Shown one piece after another: positions 48,245-57,505 of a DNA stretch of 64,000 bases (position 1 is its first letter; the number at the start of each line of letters is the position of its first letter). Under the pieces are notes generated by a model. It saw only the letters and a list, made by a program, of their open reading frames with translations. It did not search any database and was not told the origin of the DNA. The stretch lies in sequence record PZ379177.1. One strand, given 5' to 3'. Source of the DNA: a phage. A program made the position numbers and the translations under genes.

Positions 48245-48397
48245 TGTTGACGTAAATTTACGAAAAATAAAACTGAAAATCAGTTTAATTAAAGTGGCAT
48301 TGCCGCCATAGTTTTTAGTTGCTACTGGCGGCGACTGAAGGCATAATTAAGTTATCCCAAACGGGGAATATAAAATAAACTAATTTATTTAAGGACT

Positions 48398-49243
48398 GTG
48401 AATATGGCCGAAGCAATCAAAGTATTATCTAAAGAAGAAAAACAAGCAGCCGCAGCAGAACGTCGTCGCGTGGCTGAAGAAAAACGCCTGGCTAAAAAGA
48501 AAGAAGCCGAAGAAAAACGCCAGAAGCGTGAGCAGGAAAAACAAGCCAAGCGTGAAGAAGCTGCGCTGAAACGCAAGCAAGCTGCTGATGAGAAGGCTCA
48601 GAAGCGTGCTGAAGAAGCAGCTAAGAAAGCTAAAGAGCGTGCAGAAAAGGCTGCCGCTAAGAAGGCAGAGCGTGAAGCCGCTAAAGCCGCTAAAGAAATT
48701 GAAAAGGCAAAGGCGAAAGAAGAAGCCAAGCGCCTGAAAGCTGAGCAGGCTGCGGCCAAGAAAGCTGAGCGTGATCAAGCCCGTGCTGCAGCGAAGGCCG
48801 AAAAAGAGAAGGCAAAAGAAGAAGCTAAAGCGAAACGCAAGGCAGAGCGTGAAGCTGCTAAGATTGCGGCGAAAGAAGCTGCAGAACAGCAGAAAGAACA
48901 GCGTAAGAAAGAAGCTGAAGAACGTCGCAAAGCCATCGCAGAACGTAAGGCTGCTAAAAAGGCAAACGGTCAGCGTCGTGCAAAAGCCACTCACTTCATC
49001 TACACTGGCAATGGCCTGAGCCAGCCGCAAGAGCATTCCACCCGTGGACGCGTTCTGGCGGCGATCAAAGAAGGCGAAGTTGGCGTGGCGCAGTCTATCG
49101 ATGAGCTGGGCGAAAAAGTTAAAGATCAACTGTTTGGCGCTTCCGTTCGCTCCTACCTGAGCAAGCTGGAAGAGATGGGCCACATCGAGTTTGTCGATGT
49201 TGAATCCAATGACGATGCCGAAGACGGTGATCAAGCGGAATAA
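48398..49243 (+). CDS. Lys/Ala/Glu-rich charged helical protein with globular C-terminal domain
   Basis: 281 aa; about 190 aa of KAE low-complexity (AEEKRQKREQEKQAKREEAALKRKQAADEKAQKRAEEAAKKAKERAEKAAAKK...) followed by a roughly 80-aa non-repetitive tail. Confidence 0.6.
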   Translation: MNMAEAIKVLSKEEKQAAAAERRRVAEEKRLAKKKEAEEKRQKREQEKQAKREEAALKRKQAADEKAQKRAEEAAKKAKERAEKAAAKKAEREAAKAAKEIEKAKAKEEAKRLKAEQAAAKKAERDQARAAAKAEKEKAKEEAKAKRKAEREAAKIAAKEAAEQQKEQRKKEAEERRKAIAERKAAKKANGQRRAKATHFIYTGNGLSQPQEHSTRGRVLAAIKEGEVGVAQSIDELGEKVKDQLFGASVRSYLSKLEEMGHIEFVDVESNDDAEDGDQAE

Positions 49244-49271
49244 CCTGTAGGACGGTTATGTAGCGGTAATT

Positions 49272-49298
49272 GACCCACACTTGTTGTGGGTCTTTTTT
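49272..49298 (+). terminator. Rho-independent terminator
   Basis: Hairpin GACCCACA-CTTGT-TGTGGGTC followed by TTTTTT, directly after the KAE-rich gene. Confidence 0.7.
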
Positions 49299-49377
49299 CG
49301 TCTGTACTAAATAGAAATGACTTGTTGCTGTAAAATAATTTAGCTATTATACTTCTCATATCACCCACAAAGGACAA

Positions 49378-50373
49378 ATGAACATGAAACAACCTGTAAT
49401 GATTATCGGCGGCGGCTTGGCAGGACTTATTACCGCGTGTCACTTCCCGAACTCTATTGTGTACGAAGCAGGGGAGCGAGCGCCACAGCACAAGGCGCTG
49501 CTACGCTTTCGCGGCGAAGAAGTAAGCCGTATTACCGGAATACCTTTTAAGGCCGTGACAGTTGACAAGGCTGTGTATTTTCGCGGTAACTACTACCACG
49601 ACCATTGCCCAATTAACCTTGCAAATATGTATTCCATGAAGGTCACCAATCAGTTTGGCAGCCGTTCAATCATGAAGCTTAAGACTGCAACGCGTTATAT
49701 TGCGCCTGATGACTTTTATGATCAGCTTGTCGACAAACTGGGTGACCGCATATTCTTTAATACTCCGGTTGATACTCTTTGCGGCTATAGCGAGACGCCA
49801 ATCATCAACACGTCGCCGCTGCCAGTAATGATGAAGCTTGCTGGGATTGATCAAAAGCTTGATTTCTCATTTGATAAAGCAAACATTCGCGTTTACCGCT
49901 TTAAGATTAAACGTAAGTGTGATTTGTATCAGACAATTTACTTCCCTGACTACTCCGTCAGAACTTACCGCGCATCAATTACTGGTGACACACTTATCAT
50001 TGAAACCATTCCTTTGGTCAGCGTGAGTGAAGCTGCAGTTGAAGCCGCTGGCGGCATCACTCGTTACCGTGACATGAAGCTGCGCGCAGAAGTCGACGAA
50101 GTGTTGACAGCCTTTGGCCTCTCATGGAGTGACATCGCTCTTGAAGAAGTTGAAAAGGTCGACCAGAAATATGGCAAGATTGTCGACATTCCGAAAGACT
50201 TGCGACACGCCCTACTCCTGCAGCTGACCATGGATTTAAACGTGTTTAGTGTCGGTCGATTTGCTACCTGGCGCAACATTTTGCTTGATGACGTCGCTCA
50301 TGACCTTGTTGAAGTTGAAAAACTCATCAAAGCAAATAACTATCAAAAATTTGCTTATATTGCTAATAAATAA
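49378..50373 (+). CDS. FAD/NAD(P)-binding Rossmann-fold oxidoreductase-like protein
   Basis: 331 aa; N-terminal dinucleotide-binding motif VMIIGGGLAGLITA (GxGxxG). Confidence 0.55.
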   Translation: MNMKQPVMIIGGGLAGLITACHFPNSIVYEAGERAPQHKALLRFRGEEVSRITGIPFKAVTVDKAVYFRGNYYHDHCPINLANMYSMKVTNQFGSRSIMKLKTATRYIAPDDFYDQLVDKLGDRIFFNTPVDTLCGYSETPIINTSPLPVMMKLAGIDQKLDFSFDKANIRVYRFKIKRKCDLYQTIYFPDYSVRTYRASITGDTLIIETIPLVSVSEAAVEAAGGITRYRDMKLRAEVDEVLTAFGLSWSDIALEEVEKVDQKYGKIVDIPKDLRHALLLQLTMDLNVFSVGRFATWRNILLDDVAHDLVEVEKLIKANNYQKFAYIANK

Positions 50374-50438
50374 TTTGCTTTCTGCTTCAATGGGCGTATA
50401 CTTTAATCATTGAAGCAGAACTCATAGAGGAAACGAAA

Positions 50439-50885
50439 ATGAAACGAATCACTGGAATCGCGCTTGCCGCGACTGCTATTCTCGGCACCATGTATATGGA
50501 AGCGACTGAAGCCGCTGTCCGTACTTCCGATTCAATCGCTGTTTACGATTGTGAAGCGATGGACGGTAAGACCGCAGCAACGACTGGTGCAAAGATTACC
50601 ACTTACATCGGTGTGAATGAGCAAGAAGGTCTGAATATTCAGATTCAGGGATTCACGGGAAAAGGTGTCAACCGGACTCCGTGGATGCAACGTTTCACTT
50701 TCGTCCAGCCTCGTTCAACTGGCGGCTTTATCAACCTGATTGGTGAAAACCGTTCTGGTGCAGAAATCTTTACATCAATGAGTTCTAATAATGAACCAAA
50801 GAAAAGTTTTCAGTTGCTTTATAACGCACAATTCGTTTATCATTGCGTTTTCTCTGGTGATCAGCAACTGGTAAATTACCGTTAA
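50439..50885 (+). CDS. Secreted protein
   Basis: 148 aa; signal-peptide-like N-terminus MKRITGIALAATAILGTMYMEATEA. Confidence 0.5.
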   Translation: MKRITGIALAATAILGTMYMEATEAAVRTSDSIAVYDCEAMDGKTAATTGAKITTYIGVNEQEGLNIQIQGFTGKGVNRTPWMQRFTFVQPRSTGGFINLIGENRSGAEIFTSMSSNNEPKKSFQLLYNAQFVYHCVFSGDQQLVNYR

Positions 50886-50898
50886 TAGGATAATTAAA

Positions 50899-51672
50899 AT
50901 GAAAGTTGAATTAGTAAGATACACCCAAGATGCACTTGAACTTCTGCTGGAAACAAAGAACACGCGCATGACTGGCAAGCCTGTCTCTGAGATGACAGAG
51001 TCAGAGAAACAAGAGCACTGGCGATATATGCTTGACACCATCAAGTCACCTTTTGACTTTGTGGACTATATCTTTGACATCACCGACGTGTCTAAGAACA
51101 TGACCCATCAAATGGTGCGCACCCGCACAGGCGCATATCAAGAGCGCACCAGTCGCGCTCAGGAGTCGTCAGCGTTTGATGCGATTCGTCCGAAGGCTTT
51201 TGAACATCCTGAAGGGTCCACAAGCGTGCTTGGCGAAAAGTGGGATGATGCCATGGCGACTATTGACGCAATCTATCAAGAGTTGCGCGCGGCGGGTGCA
51301 GAAATCCAAGATGCGCGTGGCGTCCTGCCTTCGAATATGCAAACGCACATCATGGCCAAGTTCAACTTGCGCACGCTGCAACAAATGGCATCCAACCGCC
51401 TCTGCACGCGCACTCAAGGCGAGTACCAAAACGTATTTCGCGCAATGGTTGCTGAAGTTCTTAATGTGCACCCGTGGGCAAACCCTCTCTTACAGCCGCT
51501 GTGCATCGGTATGGGTAAGTGCGCATTCCCTCGTCACGGTAAGGCCCATTGCCCTTGGTATCGTGATTGGATGGATACCACTGCACAGCAAGAAGAATTA
51601 CGCATCCAGTTTTGGGATGCCGCGCCAATCACCAATAATCCAGTTGCCAAAGATGGAGTATCAAAAGGATGA
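50899..51672 (+). CDS. ThyX-like flavin-dependent thymidylate synthase homolog with variant motif
   Basis: 257 aa; THQMVRTRTGAYQERTS aligns with the ThyX signature RHR-x7/8-S, but His is replaced by Thr (RTR). Confidence 0.55.
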   Translation: MKVELVRYTQDALELLLETKNTRMTGKPVSEMTESEKQEHWRYMLDTIKSPFDFVDYIFDITDVSKNMTHQMVRTRTGAYQERTSRAQESSAFDAIRPKAFEHPEGSTSVLGEKWDDAMATIDAIYQELRAAGAEIQDARGVLPSNMQTHIMAKFNLRTLQQMASNRLCTRTQGEYQNVFRAMVAEVLNVHPWANPLLQPLCIGMGKCAFPRHGKAHCPWYRDWMDTTAQQEELRIQFWDAAPITNNPVAKDGVSKG

Positions 51673-52517
51673 AAACCTTAAACATTTTTGATTTAGACGG
51701 CACCATATTTAATGACGCTTGGCGTTTACAATACATCGATAAAGAAAACAAGAACTATGATGGCTATCACGAGCGATTGACTCATGATGATCACTTTCCT
51801 AATATAGCTTCGCAAGTAGGCTGGTCACTAAGTGAAGGCGCTGTTGAGTTCTGGACAGCGCGACCTAACAAGTGGCGTGCGACTACAACTAAGAAGTTGG
51901 AAGATACTTTCGGATGTATGCCTGGCGTAATCATACGCATGCGCGGCGATGATGATTTGCGTAGCGCGGCAGCATTGAAAGCAGATTACATGCGTCGACT
52001 CCCTTCAGGCTATGATCAGGTGTATGTGTACGACGACCGCGCAGACGTTTTGGATGCCATGATCATTGAAGCGCGTCCAAAGACTGGCGTCACGTTCCGA
52101 TTCTACCTTTGCACCAATGGTAGCTTCACGGAATACCACACACTTTTTAACCGCTCTAATAAAGCGAAAGTGCCTACTACGCAGGACACGCTGGGAGATT
52201 CGTTAGAAGCAACCAAGCCTGCCACCGCCGCCGATATTCTTGATGCGATGGCCGCGACCTTCCGTGAGCGCAACGCCGTTTATGGCGATAACGCTGTGAT
52301 GGTAGGTCAGGTTATGCAGGTGCTTTTCCCTAATGGCGTAACGTTGAAAACGCCGGAAGACTACCACATGTGGCATCTGTTCGAGCTTAAGATTGTCAAG
52401 CTTACACGCTTTGCAATCAGCGGCCTGAAGCACGAAGACTCTATACACGATGATGGTGTTTACAGCGCCATGTGTGAACGTCTTGTCAACACCCATAATA
52501 TTAATTTCAATAAATAG
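51669..52517 (+). CDS. HAD-superfamily phosphatase-like protein with C-terminal extension
   Basis: 282 aa; N-terminal motif I IFDLDGTIF (DxDGT); start overlaps the upstream stop. Confidence 0.55.
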   Translation: MKTLNIFDLDGTIFNDAWRLQYIDKENKNYDGYHERLTHDDHFPNIASQVGWSLSEGAVEFWTARPNKWRATTTKKLEDTFGCMPGVIIRMRGDDDLRSAAALKADYMRRLPSGYDQVYVYDDRADVLDAMIIEARPKTGVTFRFYLCTNGSFTEYHTLFNRSNKAKVPTTQDTLGDSLEATKPATAADILDAMAATFRERNAVYGDNAVMVGQVMQVLFPNGVTLKTPEDYHMWHLFELKIVKLTRFAISGLKHEDSIHDDGVYSAMCERLVNTHNINFNK

Positions 52518-52581
52518 TTTACTTGTGCGTTTCGATGAGTTATATTTATCTCATCGAAACGAAGTCCAAAAGGATAAATAA

Positions 52582-53265
52582 ATGAAAAAAGTAATTGTTG
52601 TAACTGGCTGCAATTCCGGTCTTGGTAAATCCATTTTTGACACCCTTGGTGCTTACGGTCATGAAGTTGTCGGTATTGATTTGGAGAACGGCTATGACAT
52701 CCGTAACGCGAAACAGATGAAAGAGCTTCTCTCTCAATACGACGTAGAAGGCTTGATCAACTGCGCTGGCGTCAACTCCAACAACTGGTTCGAAGATGTT
52801 AACTACGAAGAGTTCAATCGCGTTATGCACACCAACGCCTTCTCTTTCGTCAACACGACTCAGGCCGCGCTGAAAAGTCTTATTGACAACAAAGGTTTTG
52901 TGATCAACATCGTTTCCAACGCTGCGCATATTCCTATGACGTCCAGCTTGTGTTATAATGCATCCAAGGCTGCTGCGCTTATGATTAGCAAGCAGATGGC
53001 TCACGAGCTTACGCCTAAGTACGGAATCACGGTATTCTCTATTAGTCCTAACAAGCTACGTGGTACTGGCATGTCCAAACAGATTGAAGATGCTGTTTGC
53101 GCGACTCGCGGCTGGACTCCTGAGTATGCTGCTGAATACCAGAAAAAGGCGTTGATGAACGGATTGGAGACTGAGCCGCAAGTAATTGCTGACTTCATTC
53201 GCCATATCTTAATTACGGGCGCATGGCGCTTTATGTCTGGTACTGATATTCCATTTGGGAAATAA
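52582..53265 (+). CDS. Short-chain dehydrogenase/reductase (SDR)
   Basis: 227 aa; cofactor motif VIVVTGCNSGLGKSI (TGxxxGxG) and catalytic YNASKAA (YxxxK). Confidence 0.75.
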   Translation: MKKVIVVTGCNSGLGKSIFDTLGAYGHEVVGIDLENGYDIRNAKQMKELLSQYDVEGLINCAGVNSNNWFEDVNYEEFNRVMHTNAFSFVNTTQAALKSLIDNKGFVINIVSNAAHIPMTSSLCYNASKAAALMISKQMAHELTPKYGITVFSISPNKLRGTGMSKQIEDAVCATRGWTPEYAAEYQKKALMNGLETEPQVIADFIRHILITGAWRFMSGTDIPFGK

Positions 53266-53268
53266 ATC

Positions 53269-53439
53269 ATGACTATCAAAGTTGTTGTAGAAGTGATTGG
53301 CGACGTAGCAGAAGTGAAGATTGATCAAGAAGGTGTTGGATTTGAAGTAATAAGAATCGAAAACGCAAAGATTAACCACGAGCGCGTCGGTGCCATTGAG
53401 ACTTATTCCATCGAAGGCAACACAGTAATTAATCAATAA
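53269..53439 (+). CDS. Small ORF (56 aa)
   Basis: ATG immediately after the SDR stop; product MTIKVVVEVIGDVAEVKIDQEGVGFEVIRIENAKINHERVGAIETYSIEGNTVINQ. Confidence 0.3.
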   Translation: MTIKVVVEVIGDVAEVKIDQEGVGFEVIRIENAKINHERVGAIETYSIEGNTVINQ

Positions 53440-53459
53440 TATTTAATTAAGGAAACAAA

Positions 53460-54011
53460 ATGCCACATTTTAAAATTGAACAAATCGCCCTGTCAATTCC
53501 AGGTGCTCAGCGCGCACAGAATTTCCTGGCTAAAATCGGCCTGACAGAATGGTTCCATGATCACGTTGTTGCTACTGGTCGCGTATTTGAAGCTGATGTC
53601 TTTAAGGGTCAGCGCGGCGATTGCACCAACGAAGCTGACTTGCGCTTCAACTATCAGGCTGGCAACGGCACCGATGGCGGCGCTGGTAAGCCTCTTGAGC
53701 TTGAAATTCTTGACTATACAAAAGGTTGCAACTGGATTCACGAAAACATCGAATACATCGATGCGCACGACAATCAGGTTAGCCATCTTGGTATGCACGT
53801 GACTGCCGCTGAACTTGCTGAATGGCGCAAGTTCTTTAAAGAAGAAGGCATTCAGGTTGCGCAGGAAGTCGTAACCGACTCTCACACCAACCCAAATATT
53901 GCTGGTCAGCGTCGTTACAACTATGTGATCTTTGATACGCGTGAGATCATCGGCGTTGATTTGAAGTTTATCGTGCGCTTGAATCAAGACGGTACTCCGT
54001 ACACTGTATAA
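53460..54011 (+). CDS. Hypothetical enzyme, possibly glyoxalase/VOC-like fold
   Basis: 183 aa; His/Glu-containing beta-alpha segments (LELEILDY, SHLGMHV). Assignment weak. Confidence 0.4.
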   Translation: MPHFKIEQIALSIPGAQRAQNFLAKIGLTEWFHDHVVATGRVFEADVFKGQRGDCTNEADLRFNYQAGNGTDGGAGKPLELEILDYTKGCNWIHENIEYIDAHDNQVSHLGMHVTAAELAEWRKFFKEEGIQVAQEVVTDSHTNPNIAGQRRYNYVIFDTREIIGVDLKFIVRLNQDGTPYTV

Positions 54012-54027
54012 CGAATCGTGAATCTGT

Positions 54028-54052
54028 GGCCGTCCTAATGGGCGGCCTTTTT
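54028..54052 (+). terminator. Putative rho-independent terminator
   Basis: Hairpin GGCCGTCC-TAAT-GGGCGGCC followed by TTTTT. Confidence 0.55.
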
Positions 54053-54065
54053 GTAGGAGGCCAAT

Positions 54066-54608
54066 GTGTTATTTCTCCCTTATGACTTCGAAACAACCGG
54101 ATTGACCGTGCACCCGAAAGCGCCGCTTGGGATGCAGCCGCGCCCTATTGAATTTGCAGGTCTGTTGACAGACGGCAAAGAGATTATTGAAACGTTTGAA
54201 TTCATAATTAATCCTGAAATCGTGATTGAAGAAATTATCACAAAGATTACCGGATTAACAAATGAAGACCTTGAGTGCAATCCACCATTCATCAATTTTG
54301 TCCCGCAGCTAAAAGAAATCTTCAAGAAGACGGCTGCCACTATCGCGCACAACCATGCGTTCGATAAAAACATTCTTGATTATGCACTACAGCGCGAAGG
54401 ACTTACGCTTGATGATGTTAATTTTCCAGAAATAAACATTTGTACAGTTGAGCAAACCTTGCCTATTTTTGGCCGAAGAGTTAAGCTTCAAGAGCTGTAT
54501 GAATTATATTTCGGAAAATATGAACAGAAACACCGTGCATTAGACGACGTAATATTACTGCACAAAGTCTGCCAACAAATTGGCGTATATGACATCTGGA
54601 GTAAATAA
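54066..54608 (+). CDS. DnaQ-like 3'-5' exonuclease (DEDDh family)
   Basis: 180 aa; Exo I motif FLPYDFETTGL, Exo II-like HNHAFDKNIL, Exo III HRALDDVILL. GTG start with AGGAGG RBS; stop overlaps the DnaE start. Confidence 0.75.
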   Translation: MLFLPYDFETTGLTVHPKAPLGMQPRPIEFAGLLTDGKEIIETFEFIINPEIVIEEIITKITGLTNEDLECNPPFINFVPQLKEIFKKTAATIAHNHAFDKNILDYALQREGLTLDDVNFPEINICTVEQTLPIFGRRVKLQELYELYFGKYEQKHRALDDVILLHKVCQQIGVYDIWSK

Positions 54609-57505
54609 TGTTTCCACAATTGAGAGTTCGCAGCGGTTACACGTTCAAAGAAGTTTATGGACGGCATCCTGAAATTATAGCACGGCTCAAAGAGTTGGGC
54701 TGCGAAGTCGCGGCATTAGTTGATAACAACACATGGGGTCACGTTCGCTGGGAAAAGGAATGCCAGAAAAATGATATTAAGCCTATGTTTGGAATGGAGA
54801 TTCCAATCATCGACCCTGATGCGGACCCGAAAAAGGGATTCAAACCGAAGGCTTGGATATTGGCCCTTGACTTAAAATCTTTTTACAACGCTACAACACT
54901 TGCAACGCAGCGTGGTGGTCTTACCCGTGCAGAGTTCGGGGCGCTTGATGGCGTCGTTAAATTCTGTGGCGGTGCCGTGGAACTGCTGCGGCCAGAGGAC
55001 TACGACTATATAGACGTCAACCCATCGTCGTTCCTTTTGGCAAAGCGCCAGGCGTTGGCTCATCGTAGCAGTGGAAGGCCGCTGGTTTTAACCGGATACA
55101 ATCACATGCCTTCTCCTGAGCACGTTGACTTCGCTTATGCGTGGGAAGTGCGCGACACGGTTAAGCCGCATTGCATCGTTGACGTTGAAGACTTGCGCAA
55201 ACAGCTTAAAGGCATCTTGACTGAAGATGAGCTTGATCAGGCAACGGCCAATGCCGTGGACATCGCGAACGGCATAGTCGGACTTGACTTGAAATTGCGT
55301 AAGGCACCGATTATTCACCTTGCTGGTGACATGGTAAAGCTTGCTCGCGAGGGGATGGAGTACCGTCTAAAAGCAGGTCACATCAAAGAATGGACTCAGG
55401 AATATGAGGACCGCTTCAACGAAGAAATTCACCAGATTCAGCTGAAAGATTTCGACTCATACTTTCTGGTGGTAGCGGACCTTGTACGATTCGCAAAAAC
55501 AAAAATGCTAGTCGGTCCTGCGCGCGGCTCATCGGCTGGTTCACTTGTTTGCTATTGCCTCGGCATCACGGAAGTGGACCCAATACCGTATAAACTGCTT
55601 TTTGCCCGATTCATCGACGTAAGCCGCGCCGACCTTCCTGACATCGACATCGACTTTGAAGATACCAAACGCTATATGGTGTTTGATTATCTTAAAGAGA
55701 AATACGGCGAAATGAACGTTGCAAAGCTTGGCAACATTAACACGCTTAAGGCCAACTCAGTAATGGCGCAGGTTGGTAAGAAGTTCAACATTGGATACCA
55801 CGAAACGGCCAACATTAAAAACGCACTGCTTGAATACTCATCCGGTGACGCCCGTTATGGCCACGGCCTGGAGGATACCTTTGCCACAACAACCACGGGT
55901 CAAGAGTTTGTGGCCAAATATCCTGATGCCGCGCGTTGCATGGGCGACCTTGAGATTCACCCGTCTCACACAGGTGTTCACGCAGCGGGAATCATTGTGT
56001 GTAATGACCCAATCTCTGATTATTGTACTGTAACTGCAGAAGGGATTGCACAAATTGATAAGCCTGACAGCGAATACCTTAACCTTTTGAAGCTTGATGC
56101 GCTGGGCCTTCGTACTCTCGGCATTATTTCTGATACAGGCGTTATTGATGCTGAAACGCTCTACGGCATCAAGCTTGATGATCAAAGCGTCCTTGACATT
56201 CTTAACGAAAACAAGATGTCAGGCATCTTCCAGTTTGAAGGCGACGCTGTACGCTCAGTAACAAACTTTGTGCACGTCGATAACTTTAACAAAATCGACA
56301 ACCTGACGGCTTTGGGTCGACCTGGCCCGTTGTCATCCGGTATGGCCCAGAAATACATTGAACGCGCAGCAGGGCGTGCGCCGATTGAATACGACGTGCC
56401 GCAGCTTGAGCCGTACTTAAAAGAGACTTACGGCGTGTTCCTTTACCAAGAGCAAATCATGGCCGTGGTTAAAGAGATTGGTTCATTTGACTGGGCGAAA
56501 ACATCCGCTGTGCGTAAGGCAATGTCAGGCCGTAAGGGTGAGGAATACTTTAACAAGCTTGGCGAAGACTTTGTTGCAGGCGCAATAAATAACGGCGTAC
56601 CGGAAGCGGATGCAAGAAAGCTTTGGCAGGCGATGGCTACGTTCGGGTCATGGGGCTTTAACAAGTCGCACTCCGTGTCATACGCGGTCGTGACCTACTG
56701 GACCTTGTGGCTTAAACGACACTACCCGTTGGAATTTGCCGCTGCTTGCTTACGCGCTGCTAAGGACGAAGACCAGACGATTGCGATATTACGTGAACTT
56801 GCGAAGGAAGGCGTGGATTATGTGCCAATCGACCCTGATCACTCTTCAATGAACTGGACCATCGCTAACGGAAAGCTAATCGGCGGCATCATGAACGCGA
56901 AAGGGTACGGAATGGTGAAGGCGATGAAGTATATCGAAGCACGTGAAGCCGGAACCTTAACGCAAAAGCAAAAGGACGCATTGGCCAATGCTGAAGTAAA
57001 ATACGGCGACCTTACAGAGATGCACACAAAGTTCGGCTGGGCGTATAATGACCCGTATCTGATTGGTGTGACGTCCGGCGCTTCAATACGCCAGATGAAG
57101 GAAGTCGGTGATGACGAGCGCGCAATAGTAATCGGCAAGTTGACAAAGAAAGTGCTTGCGGACGAGAACGAAGCAACACGCATCCGTAAACGACTTGAGC
57201 GCGGCATCTATACAAAGCACGGCAAGCTTAAAAAGGGTCTTCAAGTTGATGGCCGCTACGCAGAGTTTGACCAGTACGGGAACAAGCTTGAGACTCAGTT
57301 CATCGACCTTATGTGCAAAGACGACTCGACCGACTCGCCAATGCGCTTCAGGATTCGCCCAGAGAAGTTCCAGAAGTACGGGAAGTACATTGCTGAAAAC
57401 GTCGGGAACGGCGCATTCTTCCTGATGAAAGGTCGCAAGCTTGAAGGCATTGACATGTTCATCGTTGACGTGATCAAACAGGTGTATCCAGATGGCAACA
57501 AATAA
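54608..57505 (+). CDS. DNA polymerase III alpha-type (DnaE-like) replicative polymerase
   Basis: 965 aa; DnaE-like segments GPARGSSAGSLVCYCLGITEVDP and FNKSHSVSYAVVTYWTLWLKRHYPLEFAAACL. Confidence 0.85.
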   Translation: MFPQLRVRSGYTFKEVYGRHPEIIARLKELGCEVAALVDNNTWGHVRWEKECQKNDIKPMFGMEIPIIDPDADPKKGFKPKAWILALDLKSFYNATTLATQRGGLTRAEFGALDGVVKFCGGAVELLRPEDYDYIDVNPSSFLLAKRQALAHRSSGRPLVLTGYNHMPSPEHVDFAYAWEVRDTVKPHCIVDVEDLRKQLKGILTEDELDQATANAVDIANGIVGLDLKLRKAPIIHLAGDMVKLAREGMEYRLKAGHIKEWTQEYEDRFNEEIHQIQLKDFDSYFLVVADLVRFAKTKMLVGPARGSSAGSLVCYCLGITEVDPIPYKLLFARFIDVSRADLPDIDIDFEDTKRYMVFDYLKEKYGEMNVAKLGNINTLKANSVMAQVGKKFNIGYHETANIKNALLEYSSGDARYGHGLEDTFATTTTGQEFVAKYPDAARCMGDLEIHPSHTGVHAAGIIVCNDPISDYCTVTAEGIAQIDKPDSEYLNLLKLDALGLRTLGIISDTGVIDAETLYGIKLDDQSVLDILNENKMSGIFQFEGDAVRSVTNFVHVDNFNKIDNLTALGRPGPLSSGMAQKYIERAAGRAPIEYDVPQLEPYLKETYGVFLYQEQIMAVVKEIGSFDWAKTSAVRKAMSGRKGEEYFNKLGEDFVAGAINNGVPEADARKLWQAMATFGSWGFNKSHSVSYAVVTYWTLWLKRHYPLEFAAACLRAAKDEDQTIAILRELAKEGVDYVPIDPDHSSMNWTIANGKLIGGIMNAKGYGMVKAMKYIEAREAGTLTQKQKDALANAEVKYGDLTEMHTKFGWAYNDPYLIGVTSGASIRQMKEVGDDERAIVIGKLTKKVLADENEATRIRKRLERGIYTKHGKLKKGLQVDGRYAEFDQYGNKLETQFIDLMCKDDSTDSPMRFRIRPEKFQKYGKYIAENVGNGAFFLMKGRKLEGIDMFIVDVIKQVYPDGNK

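Noticed and set aside
48425-49234. 269-aa antisense ORF opposite the Lys/Ala/Glu-rich gene
   Set aside because: It is an open frame created by the low-complexity GAA/GCT/AAA repeats. The sense gene has an RBS, a promoter-like region and a terminator; the antisense frame has none.
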